From a virus: 64,000 bases of DNA. Of this stretch, positions 9,902 to 18,564 are shown piece after piece. Made by a program: the position numbers and the translations under genes. Every line of letters begins with the position of its first letter. Position 1 is the stretch's first letter. The notes beneath the pieces were generated by a model that did not search any database, was not told where the DNA came from, and worked only from the letters and a program-made list of their open reading frames with translations. The DNA lies in the IMG/VR virus record IMGVR_UViG_3300022744_000001, positions 194,022 through 258,021 of that record. One strand, given 5' to 3'.

Positions 9902-10738
9902 TCATTGCACGGCCGGAGTTGGCGCGCAAGTCAATTCCCACGGATACTGGGTTAGCGTGAATCCCGCTGCATTGCGGTGCCCGCCGCCGCCCATGGACTT
10001 GGCCAGAGCTGAGACGTCGAAGTCACCCTTTGAGCGAAGGCTATAGACGACTTTGCCATCTTCTCGTACGTGCCATCCCATGGCGAACAACTGCCCCTCG
10101 GCGAGTTCCCCCACGACCTCCGAGATGGCTGTGAAGGGGGCATTCACAATGGGTACCTCATGCCCAAGAAACTGAGTCTTGTAGGCGAGCCTCTTTGTGG
10201 ACTCGACGTAGTAGCGAAGCCACGCCATGCAGCCTGCACCACGAAGGGCTACTTGTTTGGGGCCCAGGTCATACGCTTCCTCGTACGCCTCGAATGTTTG
10301 CGGGAGCGATTGCAGGTAGGCGTTGACCTCTCTGCTGTTGGGTAACTGGAACTTCCAGAGGTCACGGTCTTCGGCGTACCTCACGAGCCAACACTCCTGG
10401 GTACCAAAGAAGTGCTCCCAGGTCAGAGTGGCGCCCGACTTGTCCATGTTGAACGTGATCTCGAGCTTGGGTACCTCGAGCCCTTGCAAATCGGCTTGAG
10501 CCGTCTTGTGGTGGTCAAGCAAAACGACACGGTTGGCCGCGTAGGCCATCGCCATCAACGTTTCGCGTGGGAAGGAGAAATCGACGATGTAGACGTCGCG
10601 ACCGGTGACATCGGGGGGAGCGTCACCGTATTGAACTGCTAGGTACTCCGCTTGGTCGCCAAGGGCTTTCCAAGCTGCCCAGGAAGAGGCCATTCCATCT
10701 GGGCATTTGGCATGATAGAGGACAAGAGCTTTCGTCAT
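9902..10738 (-). CDS. DHH/DHHA1 family phosphoesterase (NrnA-like nanoRNase/pAp phosphatase)
   Basis: It carries an N-terminal AKCPDG, the LLDHHK DHH motif, and a C-terminal GGGHRNAAGF DHHA1 motif. Confidence 0.7.
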   Translation of the reverse strand: MTKALVLYHAKCPDGMASSWAAWKALGDQAEYLAVQYGDAPPDVTGRDVYIVDFSFPRETLMAMAYAANRVVLLDHHKTAQADLQGLEVPKLEITFNMDKSGATLTWEHFFGTQECWLVRYAEDRDLWKFQLPNSREVNAYLQSLPQTFEAYEEAYDLGPKQVALRGAGCMAWLRYYVESTKRLAYKTQFLGHEVPIVNAPFTAISEVVGELAEGQLFAMGWHVREDGKVVYSLRSKGDFDVSALAKSMGGGGHRNAAGFTLTQYPWELTCAPTPAVQ

Positions 10739-10745
10739 GCCCTCC

Positions 10746-11219
10746 CTACACCAGGGGGTCTTCGTCCATGAGGTCGAAGCGGCTCTTCACTGGCTCAGCA
10801 GGGGGCGCCGCTGGAGTGGCAGCGGGTTGAGGATCAGGTTGCGGGGTCGGTTGGGTGGTCGTCACGCGCGCTTGAGCCCGACCATTGGGGCTTTCGGTCA
10901 CTGTGATTTCAGTGGTGTACGTGCTGAACCCGCCCGCACTGAACTCGCCACGCTCGATACGAGCGCGCTCCTGGTTGAGGCGTTGGATTTCCTCCCGGAC
11001 CGTTCGGAGAACACGGTTGGTAGAGGTCTCAAGATCCGGAGCCGCTTCAAGCGCCCTTTGAAGCTCTCTCTCAGCGGGGCTACGAACCGGCTCACTTTTC
11101 TTCAACGCTTTCGGCCGACGCTTCTCTTGCCACGGTTTGATCCACCCATGCCAAAGAGACATGGCGAACATCCCGAAAATCGAGCCGAGGGCTAGCGCTA
11201 AGCAGACTTGGGCGAGCAT
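10746..11219 (-). CDS. membrane-anchored proline-rich protein ending in SRFDLMDEDPLV
   Basis: N-terminal TM helix, Pro/Ala-rich linker, then the shared SRFDLM-acidic tail. Confidence 0.5.
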   Translation of the reverse strand: MLAQVCLALALGSIFGMFAMSLWHGWIKPWQEKRRPKALKKSEPVRSPAERELQRALEAAPDLETSTNRVLRTVREEIQRLNQERARIERGEFSAGGFSTYTTEITVTESPNGRAQARVTTTQPTPQPDPQPAATPAAPPAEPVKSRFDLMDEDPLV

Positions 11220-11222
11220 GCC

Positions 11223-11744
11223 CTATTTGACACCGTAGGTATCCTCCCAGAGCTTCCCGTCTCCCACGGATACGGTTTCTGCGTAGGCCGCTCGTTCGTG
11301 CTCGGCTCCGTAGTACATGGTCCTCTGACCGAACCCCCAACGGAAGCCCGCGGTCAGGTAGGAGATGAGCTGCCAGGACCCAGCGCTCCACCAGATGAAG
11401 AGGCCCGCAGCCCAGTGCCCGTGAAACACAAACACGTGGAGGGCTGCGATCAGGAAACCGATGAAGCAGTTGTCCTCGTACTGCCGGACATGCACGCCCT
11501 CATGCTGTTCGATCTGGCGAACGCCCCGGTGCTCCTTGTTGAAGATCACCGCGCTGCCCATGGTGGTTGAGTAGCGCCACCACGAACAGACCCAGTCCGA
11601 CCAAGTCGCGACAAGAACCCCGAAGGACTTCCATTCAGGGTTCTTGGCGAGCCGGAGCAGCACCATCAGATAGACGCCCGGGTAGCTCATGGTGAGCGCC
11701 CACGGAAGGCAGAACGGATAGAGGAGCCATCGGCTGGTTTTCAT
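11223..11744 (-). CDS. membrane protein with HExxH motif (putative membrane metallopeptidase-like)
   Basis: Two hydrophobic helices. EQHEGVHVRQYE contains HExxH, and a downstream Glu is present. Confidence 0.4.
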   Translation of the reverse strand: MKTSRWLLYPFCLPWALTMSYPGVYLMVLLRLAKNPEWKSFGVLVATWSDWVCSWWRYSTTMGSAVIFNKEHRGVRQIEQHEGVHVRQYEDNCFIGFLIAALHVFVFHGHWAAGLFIWWSAGSWQLISYLTAGFRWGFGQRTMYYGAEHERAAYAETVSVGDGKLWEDTYGVK

Positions 11745-11767
11745 ACCTCAGCCGATGCACAAGAGCC

Positions 11768-12019
11768 CTAGCTGAGGAGAGCCAGGGATTCCTGCACCGA
11801 GGCCAAGAGCTTGGCCTCCGAATCCAGGCACAGAGGCGGGACCACCCGCAACACGACGTGGCCTTCCGGCACCACCGGGTAGAGGTTCATGGTGGGCGTC
11901 AGGGACCAGTCGCGGATGGCCGATACCACGGCTTTCTCCCCGTCGAATACGACTTGGCGCCAGCCATCCATCGGGATTTCTTTGGAGTTTCGCTTGCTTT
12001 CAATAGTTGTCTGATTCAC
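11768..12019 (-). CDS. hypothetical protein
   Basis: 83 aa ORF. Confidence 0.35.
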   Translation of the reverse strand: MNQTTIESKRNSKEIPMDGWRQVVFDGEKAVVSAIRDWSLTPTMNLYPVVPEGHVVLRVVPPLCLDSEAKLLASVQESLALLS

Positions 12020-12114
12020 GTTGTTCCCCCATTCAGCTTTTTGCGCGGTTAGGTGTTACATAAGGCAATCACCCTCGCGTCAGCAGCTCTTACACCAGCA
12101 AGGGGAAAGTCAGG

Positions 12115-12939
12115 ATGAGCATTCGTAGCGGTTTAGAGCTTGGGTTTCCCTACTCCCTTTCGAGATACACAGATGTTCCAGCTGCAAAATGGGAGTGGTG
12201 GCAGGACCGGTTTGCTCGAGGGGTCATGGAGGGGATCCATCCTACAACGGGGGTGCCTGCGCGTTGGTCTCTTGACCCGGACGAAACGTTGGGGCTCATC
12301 TTCTGGACCCGCATGCCTGAAAACCTGCTTCGATCGGCCGCAAACTTGGCCTGCTATCGGGTCAAGGTGCACATGACGGTGACGGGCTGGGAGGAAGTCG
12401 AGCACGGTGCCCCGGGGCTTGAGGAAGGCGCTCAGTGGTTGCGGCGGGCCGTGGAAACCTTCGGGGCCGAGAATGTCACGTGGCGGTTCTCCCCAGTGCC
12501 GCTGGTGCCCGACGTCCAGGAACGCTTTGGGCGCATCCTCGAGACTGCGGCGGGGGTCGGGCTCAAATCGGTCTACCTCTCGTTCTTACAAGCCAACGAC
12601 AAGGTGCCCGAGACCCGCGATCATTGGGAGCAACGTGAGCTGCTTCGGGCCTTGGGCGAGCGTGCGGCCCAACAAGGGGTGCAGGTCCGACTTTGCCAGG
12701 AAGCCCGCAAGGACGATTCCGGGCAGGTGTGGCGGTCGGCTGTGTGCGCGCCCCCAGAGGACTGGCAGCGCAAGCCTAGCTCGGAGGGGTGCGGGTGCGT
12801 GCACATGGTTGACCCCTTCACGGTCAACGAAGCGTGCGTGTTTAGGTGCGCCTACTGCTATACCGCTAACTCTGCCTCGTACCCGCACAAGCGGAACACG
12901 ACCAAGCACACCCGGCTACCGGTGTTGAACGGGGGATGA
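12115..12939 (+). CDS. DUF1848-like protein with C-terminal CxxxCxxC cysteine cluster
   Basis: RBS AAGGGGAAAG. The C-terminus has CVFRCAYC, a CxxxCxxC radical-SAM-like triad, placed at the C-terminal end rather than the usual N-terminal position. Confidence 0.45.
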   Translation: MSIRSGLELGFPYSLSRYTDVPAAKWEWWQDRFARGVMEGIHPTTGVPARWSLDPDETLGLIFWTRMPENLLRSAANLACYRVKVHMTVTGWEEVEHGAPGLEEGAQWLRRAVETFGAENVTWRFSPVPLVPDVQERFGRILETAAGVGLKSVYLSFLQANDKVPETRDHWEQRELLRALGERAAQQGVQVRLCQEARKDDSGQVWRSAVCAPPEDWQRKPSSEGCGCVHMVDPFTVNEACVFRCAYCYTANSASYPHKRNTTKHTRLPVLNGG

Positions 12940-13217
12940 AATTCTCACCCTCTCCTGTTCTGACCCCAGAAGACCTGGGAGTTCGATTCGAAGAAGACTC
13001 CCCTGATCTTACCGAGGAAGAGGCCGCTGAAGCGGTAGACACCATCGGTCTGGCAGACTTCGCCACTCGGGTGAAGGCGTTCGCCGCAGAGGCTGGGTAC
13101 CCCGGTGTACTCAAGTACGAGCTGAGGCGGCGGGCGGGAATCCTTTTCTCCCGTGTCAGCTATACCGATGGGCCACAGCGGCTCTTTCGCGTGGAATGGC
13201 TAAGGAGACGGGCATGA
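12936..13217 (+). CDS. hypothetical acidic protein
   Basis: 93 aa, ATGA overlap. Confidence 0.4.
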   Translation: MKFSPSPVLTPEDLGVRFEEDSPDLTEEEAAEAVDTIGLADFATRVKAFAAEAGYPGVLKYELRRRAGILFSRVSYTDGPQRLFRVEWLRRRA

Positions 13218-13546
13218 GCGACCAGGACGACTGCAACAACCCTTGTGGAGGCCCCGGGCCGACGCTCTGTGACCTGTACACAGGGGGGCCCAACGAGTGG
13301 ATCGAGAGCGGCGTGTGCATGCTCGACAACCTGCGCAAGGACCAGGTCATCTACATCATCGAGCGCAACCCCAAAGCTCGAGACGACCTCAAGAAGGTGA
13401 CCTCGTGCCAGGAGTTGATTGACCTGGTGGACCAGGTGACGCTGCTCCCGGATGAGCGCCAGGACGACGCCCAACAATCGGCCTTCAACCGTGCGGACTG
13501 CCTGCCCCAGTACACGGTCTTTCGCGGCAACAACAACAATCACTGA
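13214..13546 (+). CDS. hypothetical protein
   Basis: ATG at 13214. 110 aa. Confidence 0.4.
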   Translation: MSDQDDCNNPCGGPGPTLCDLYTGGPNEWIESGVCMLDNLRKDQVIYIIERNPKARDDLKKVTSCQELIDLVDQVTLLPDERQDDAQQSAFNRADCLPQYTVFRGNNNNH

Positions 13547-13552
13547 GAAGCC

Positions 13553-13921
13553 ATGACCAGCAGCGCAAATCGACGCCTTCGCAAGATGCAAGGCAAAACC
13601 GTGCAAGTGAACGATTCCAGCTTCAACAAGATGCTTCCGCGCATCGGCGAGGCTTCCAAAACCGTGGGCAACCTGGCCGAGCAAATCCGGGAGGTCAACG
13701 AGAAGCTTGGCAGCCTCGGAGAACTGGTCAACCTCGTGCACACGATGCACGAGGGGCTCAAGGGGCTCGAGCGCGAACTCGCCTGCCAGCGCTACGTCTC
13801 GCTCCGGATGTTCCAGAACTCGACCAGCGCCCCCCTCGGAGACCCGTTGCTCGAGCCCTTCGAAGAACTCGAGCGCAAGTTCAGGGCTGAATTCGAAACT
13901 CTCAACCCGGTGGTGCTGTGA
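13553..13921 (+). CDS. hypothetical coiled-coil protein
   Basis: 122 aa. Confidence 0.45.
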   Translation: MTSSANRRLRKMQGKTVQVNDSSFNKMLPRIGEASKTVGNLAEQIREVNEKLGSLGELVNLVHTMHEGLKGLERELACQRYVSLRMFQNSTSAPLGDPLLEPFEELERKFRAEFETLNPVVL

Positions 13922-13924
13922 GCC

Positions 13925-14143
13925 ATGGCAACGAGAAAACACGACGAGAAGCCCTCGAAGACTCCAATCAACACTTCGGGGTGGAACCAGCTTCTATCCC
14001 AGGCAATCCGCCGGGCCGAAGTGAAAGGCGACCCCCGAGCCCAGGCGTTCAAGGAAGCCATGATCAAGGGGACCGCGGAGATCACCCTGCGTCGTCACAG
14101 CATCTTGTCCGAGACCGACATTCAGCGCGAATTCCCGGCTTGA
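13925..14143 (+). CDS. hypothetical protein
   Basis: 72 aa with protein-like composition. The overlapping longer frame is R/P/G-rich and looks spurious. Confidence 0.4.
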   Translation: MATRKHDEKPSKTPINTSGWNQLLSQAIRRAEVKGDPRAQAFKEAMIKGTAEITLRRHSILSETDIQREFPA

Positions 14144-14448
14144 GGGAAATCGACCCGTCCGAAGTGCTCCTCCAAGCCTTCTATGACGGGGACGCAAATG
14201 CTGCGTACGCCGCCGCGCATGACTTGAGCGCCGCTTACCGTGAAGCTCTACTCGAGGCGAGTCAACAGCGTTTCAGGGTGAATTTTGGGACGGATCGTTG
14301 CACCAACTGCACGGGGCTCCACGCGGGCCCCGATGTGGTAGCGACGTGCTACCAAATGCAACGCTGTGACTACTCGAATTTTAGGGCGGAGCAAACCGAC
14401 GCCAAAAAACAACGAATCGTCGGAAACCTGCTCAGAAACAAGCGGTAA
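14140..14448 (+). CDS. possible small Cys-containing protein (TTG start)
   Basis: The C-terminal half of ORF 13918..14448 looks protein-like (CTNCTG...C..C). A TTG start sits in a TTGA overlap. Confidence 0.25.
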   Translation: MREIDPSEVLLQAFYDGDANAAYAAAHDLSAAYREALLEASQQRFRVNFGTDRCTNCTGLHAGPDVVATCYQMQRCDYSNFRAEQTDAKKQRIVGNLLRNKR

Positions 14449-14582
14449 ATTCGCTTTTTCGTTGACATTGGATGGACGCGGCAACCGCCCCCAACCGATG
14501 ACGAATTTTCCCCGCGAGACACTTCCTCCGGTGTTTCACAGCAAACGGGCGCGCAAGTTGGGTTGAACACGACCGCAGCTTG

Positions 14583-14611
14583 TTGGCGCTCCGAAAAAGT
14601 AACTGTATATT
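14583..14611 (+). promoter_or_regulatory. sigma70-like promoter (TTGGCG-N17-TATATT)
   Basis: The -35/-10 pair sits about 45 bp upstream of the ATG at 14659, within a 200 bp non-coding stretch. Confidence 0.3.
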
Positions 14612-14658
14612 GCGGGGCCTTCCAACCCCGCGATTCAAGATGGCACAAGGGGACATCA

Positions 14659-15771
14659 ATGACTCTCGTCCAGCTCGGTAATGGCCCTCGCATTGACCGC
14701 TACAAGCGAAATCTCTCGGAAGTCCGGGCGCAAAAAGCTGAGCTTCAAAGCCGGTATGAACAGGCAATGGCTCTCCTCAACGAGGAAGAGCGGAGCCTCA
14801 TCGACCTGATCCAAAAGTCGCACCCCGTGGCGTTCGATGCAGACGTGTCGAATTCCAACCATGTGGTTGAGCCTGAACCGGTGGAACCCGAGCCGGAGCC
14901 CGAGGCCCCCAAGGGTCGCCTGCGCGTGGATGAAGTGACGGTCAAAGAGTCGATCGTCGTCCCCAAGGCCAAAGAGAGCGTTGCCCCGAAAGCCCTCGAG
15001 ACGAAGCCTTCGGAGCCCCCGAAGAAGGTGAAGGCTTCTGAGCCTCCGCCCGTGAAAAAGTCGGCCAAAGACAAAGCCAAAGACAAGGCCAAAGCACGTG
15101 AGGAGGAGCGCCGGAAAGGCAAAGAAGAACGTGACCTTAAGCTCCGGACGCCAAATCGCTTGCCAAACCTTGGGCAAGCGGCGGCACCGGCGCCGAAAAT
15201 CATTGAAACTGACGACGCTGAGGATGACGAGGAAGAGTCCGCCGAGGCCAAACCCACGAAGGGCAAGGTCCAGCTCAAGCGTCGCGCCAATGGTCCGTTG
15301 CCTCCAGGGGTGACGCTGGGACGTAACGGCCGACCCAAGCTGCTCGAGTCCCTCGTGTTCTTGCTCAAGCCCGGCCCCCTTCACCTGAATGACATCATGA
15401 AGGGGATGAAGGAGTGGCAGCTCGAGCCGAAGAGCAAGAACCCCCGCTCGTACGTTGGGTTTGAGCTGTCCAAGAACCCCAAGATGTTCCGGCCGGTGGG
15501 CAAGAAGCGTGGGGTTTGGCAGCTTGTCCCAGAGTTTCTTGCGTCGGTTGAGCTGACTGGCCTGACCTCGTTGCCCGAATCGGATCCCGAACCGGCTTCC
15601 ACCGTCGCGGAGACCGAGGAGGAAAACGAAGAGACCATGGCTTCGGATGTCAGTGCTTTGGATATCGAGAACATCCGAGCGATGCGCGCCGACGAAGCCT
15701 CGGTCAAGGTGAGTGACGAAGAAGCCCGTCGCGTGGTTGAAGAGATGACCGACACCTCCATTCAGGTGTAG
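14659..15771 (+). CDS. lysine/glutamate-rich low-complexity protein
   Basis: RBS AAGGGGA. Contains KDKAKDKAKA repeats and a P/E-rich region. Confidence 0.5.
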   Translation: MTLVQLGNGPRIDRYKRNLSEVRAQKAELQSRYEQAMALLNEEERSLIDLIQKSHPVAFDADVSNSNHVVEPEPVEPEPEPEAPKGRLRVDEVTVKESIVVPKAKESVAPKALETKPSEPPKKVKASEPPPVKKSAKDKAKDKAKAREEERRKGKEERDLKLRTPNRLPNLGQAAAPAPKIIETDDAEDDEEESAEAKPTKGKVQLKRRANGPLPPGVTLGRNGRPKLLESLVFLLKPGPLHLNDIMKGMKEWQLEPKSKNPRSYVGFELSKNPKMFRPVGKKRGVWQLVPEFLASVELTGLTSLPESDPEPASTVAETEEENEETMASDVSALDIENIRAMRADEASVKVSDEEARRVVEEMTDTSIQV

Positions 15772-15780
15772 CTCTAGGGC

Positions 15781-16284
15781 ATGGAACTCGGAGATCTAGT
15801 CCTCTACAAGCAGAGGCGGTGGCTGGTCGAGCGGCGGGACAAAATGACCCGCACGATGTTTCTCCGCTCCCGGAACAGGGACGTCGAAGAAATCCCGGAA
15901 AACCTCGACCTCTACGAGCCTGACACGGTCAAGGTGATCGCCAACCCAGGCAAGCAGTGGAAGGTGCTTGCGGCCCCGCTCAAGCCTGGGGCGGGCCCTT
16001 TTGTCCGGTTCGTTGTGCCTGCCATTCTGGGCAAACCCGAAGTCGAGTTGGAACCCTGGAAGGACTGGATCTCCAGCGACCCCTCTCGTGAGGGTGGGAG
16101 CATTTTCGTCCGCCCTGGGACCAAACTGAAGACCCACACAATCGTAATGCTCACGCACCAGAACGGGCACACGGTTCGGGTCAAGGTGCCGGGGAACTTC
16201 TCCACCACAGCCGCCAAGCAGAAAGCGGCCACGCCCCCGCCACCTCCCCCGAACCGTTTCGACCGCATGATGGACGACGACTAG
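15781..16284 (+). CDS. hypothetical protein ending PPPPPPNRFDRMMDDD
   Basis: 167 aa. Its C-terminal tail is a variant of the SRFDLM-acidic motif. Confidence 0.5.
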   Translation: MELGDLVLYKQRRWLVERRDKMTRTMFLRSRNRDVEEIPENLDLYEPDTVKVIANPGKQWKVLAAPLKPGAGPFVRFVVPAILGKPEVELEPWKDWISSDPSREGGSIFVRPGTKLKTHTIVMLTHQNGHTVRVKVPGNFSTTAAKQKAATPPPPPPNRFDRMMDDD

Positions 16285-16325
16285 GCCACCTATGGGGTCT
16301 CTTAGGTAGACCCTACCCAGATGAG

Positions 16326-16970
16326 ATGAACATGGCCAAACGTCGTCTACCCGTGCTTGTTGAGCACTCTGTTGGGCAGATCGAGACCCTCCGCGTCAGC
16401 AAAGCGACCCACTTCGATTCCGTGATTCGGGAAGAGGTGAAGAACGCTCGACTCGGTATCACCTGCTCTGCCGGTTGCGCCTCTTGTTGCTACCACCCAA
16501 TCGCCATTTCCATACTCGAGGCTGTACCCATCTACCGCTCTTTGGTGCGGCATGGGAAGTGGAACGCTGCGCTCAAGAAGCGCTTGAAAGATACGGGTAC
16601 CCAGCAACTCGGAATGGCCTACCAAGTCTGGTTGCTGGCGCTCATCCCCTGCCCGCTTCTTACCGAAGACAAACGGTGCTCAGCTTACGAGGAGAGGCCC
16701 TTCGTGTGCCGTACTCTCTACTCGGTAGGTGACCCGTATTTCTGCCACCCTCACCGATTAGGGTCCAACACTCAGCTGGTACCTCGTGATGGTACTTTGG
16801 CGGAGTTCCACGACGAGCAAGCCAAGATCCTTCACCATCATCATCTGAGGATCACCACCATTCCGATTGGGATGGCGCTTTTGCTCGCAGAACAACTTTG
16901 CCAAGGAACGCTCGAGCTGAACGATGTCGATGGAGAGGTGATGAAGGAATTCGAGGTGACCTATGGCTAA
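16326..16970 (+). CDS. YkgJ/UPF0153 family zinc- or iron-chelating (CxxCxxCC) protein
   Basis: CSAGCASCC matches the CxxCxxCC signature. A second Cys cluster follows (CPLL...CSAY...CRTL). Confidence 0.5.
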   Translation: MNMAKRRLPVLVEHSVGQIETLRVSKATHFDSVIREEVKNARLGITCSAGCASCCYHPIAISILEAVPIYRSLVRHGKWNAALKKRLKDTGTQQLGMAYQVWLLALIPCPLLTEDKRCSAYEERPFVCRTLYSVGDPYFCHPHRLGSNTQLVPRDGTLAEFHDEQAKILHHHHLRITTIPIGMALLLAEQLCQGTLELNDVDGEVMKEFEVTYG

Positions 16971-17268
16971 GCTCGAGTGCGCCATCTGCGGCCATGCCAA
17001 AGAAGCCGAGAAAATGCGGGTGTTCGAGACAACCGATGCGGAGCGAGCCCAGCTCAAACGCATGGGAGAAGCCGAGCCGAAGAAGCAATACGCCTACTGT
17101 CGGCAGTGCGTCACGATCATGTCCAACCCAGCTACGGCCACAAGCTACATGAAAGGGTTGGCTCAGCTCCGGGCCCAATCGCAGGGGGTAACCCCGGACG
17201 CCGCAGAAAAAGCCGCTTCGGAGTTCGCGAATAGGCTTCTGCAAAAAGGGGCCAAACCAACGGTGTAA
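16963..17268 (+). CDS. small zinc-ribbon protein
   Basis: CAICGH ... CRQC. Confidence 0.4.
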   Translation: MAKLECAICGHAKEAEKMRVFETTDAERAQLKRMGEAEPKKQYAYCRQCVTIMSNPATATSYMKGLAQLRAQSQGVTPDAAEKAASEFANRLLQKGAKPTV

Positions 17269-17277
17269 CCTGGCTGA

Positions 17278-17742
17278 ATGAACCCCACCCAAGACATGGT
17301 TGAGGCCCTCCGCGCCTCCATCCCCAACCTCAAGACACAGGCCCAGTTCACAGCGTTCATGTCCGCGTTTGACGCGCTCCGGTTCACCCTGGACGCGATT
17401 TACGCCGGGGACGAAGCTCGAGAAAAGCAAGGGCTGGAAACTCTCGACAAAGCGTTTGACGTGGCGCGCAAAGCCACGGACATCGGCAAGAAGCTCGAGG
17501 AGGTTCCCCCCGAACACCGGGGCCCAGCGTCCCAGCAGTTCACATCACCACCAGCGGAGCTTCAAGAGTACGACTTACAGAAGCGACTTCTGTTCGAACT
17601 CGAGCAGATTACTACCCTGGATGACCTCTCCACGTGGTATGAGCGCACGAAAGCCGACCGAGACAAGGTGGTTTCACAGAGTTTGCGCAACATTCTCCTG
17701 GACGAGGTGCGGAGCAAGCGCGCGAAACTGACCCAGCCCTGA
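17278..17742 (+). CDS. hypothetical protein
   Basis: 154 aa. Confidence 0.45.
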   Translation: MNPTQDMVEALRASIPNLKTQAQFTAFMSAFDALRFTLDAIYAGDEAREKQGLETLDKAFDVARKATDIGKKLEEVPPEHRGPASQQFTSPPAELQEYDLQKRLLFELEQITTLDDLSTWYERTKADRDKVVSQSLRNILLDEVRSKRAKLTQP

Positions 17743-17911
17743 GTGGCATACCCTCCCACGTTAGACTATATGCACCGCGTCATTTCTCCTACCCCGCGTC
17801 AAAAGTCGTTGCGGGGGGAGACTCGACGGTGTCTATTGCACTAATACCAGGTCTATCATAGCTCAGAATTAGTGCGGTTTTCTGGGTTGTTTCGTAGATG
17901 TGGCACGTTGG

Positions 17912-17934
17912 TCACCCTCAGAAGTTGAGGGTGA
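17912..17934 (+). promoter_or_regulatory. perfect 9-bp inverted repeat hairpin/operator (TCACCCTCA-gaagt-TGAGGGTGA)
   Basis: It lies in the intergenic region just upstream of a purine-rich RBS and the 17963 ATG. Confidence 0.3.
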
Positions 17935-17962
17935 TTACGTAGGGGATTAGGTGGGGGACAAC

Positions 17963-18166
17963 ATGACGGTCGAAGAAACGATTCGCATGCTGATGAAGAT
18001 GCCTCCCAAGGCTGACTTCGCATGCCTTCTAGGGTGTGGTCGCAAATTCGTGGCCGCAGACCTGGACCCCGAGAAGATCCAGATCGTGCATCGAGAGCGT
18101 GGGTCAAATCAGGTGGTCGCCGACGCCACCGAGACCAGCGAGCCCGTCGTCGCCATCGTCCTCTGA
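17963..18166 (+). CDS. hypothetical small protein
   Basis: ATG follows TAGGGGATTAGGTGGGGGA. 67 aa. Confidence 0.3.
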   Translation: MTVEETIRMLMKMPPKADFACLLGCGRKFVAADLDPEKIQIVHRERGSNQVVADATETSEPVVAIVL

Positions 18167-18520
18167 ATCAAAATCCCAACCCCGCTCGTCCTCCCCGAGA
18201 TACCCGGGATGCCTGCCGTCATGCACCTCCCTGTGGCATCGACAGCAGAGCAGCACGCACTTGTCGAGTTCAGCCCGAATCGCCTCGAACGAGGTCATTC
18301 GGTCCGAGATGTTAAACTCCTTGCCGAGTGACTCCGTGTGGTGAAAGTCGAGCGCCGCTGCACATTCGCTGTAGCCGCAGATTCGACAAGCCCCGCCTTT
18401 GTACGCGATAGCCTGGTCCCGAAGCTCCTTTCGTCGCTTCGCTGCCTTCTGTCTGCGGTCCCAACGCTTCTCCCAATCGGTCACCCAAAGGCAATTCGAT
18501 AAAAAGATTTTTCCTCTCAT
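18104..18520 (-). CDS. HNH endonuclease
   Basis: CRICGY...LDFHHTESL...CCRCHREVH matches the HNH zinc-finger nuclease motif. Confidence 0.75.
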   Translation of the reverse strand: MRGKIFLSNCLWVTDWEKRWDRRQKAAKRRKELRDQAIAYKGGACRICGYSECAAALDFHHTESLGKEFNISDRMTSFEAIRAELDKCVLLCCRCHREVHDGRHPGYLGEDERGWDFDSEDDGDDGLAGLGGVGDHLI

Positions 18521-18564
18521 TTTAGGTACTTGGTCGGTGTCGTAACACCCAACCGAGGTACCTT

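Noticed and set aside
17793-17816. CCCCGC...GCGGGG hairpin after gene 17278..17742, as a terminator
   Set aside because: The 6-bp stem has a 12-nt loop and no downstream U-run, so support is weak.
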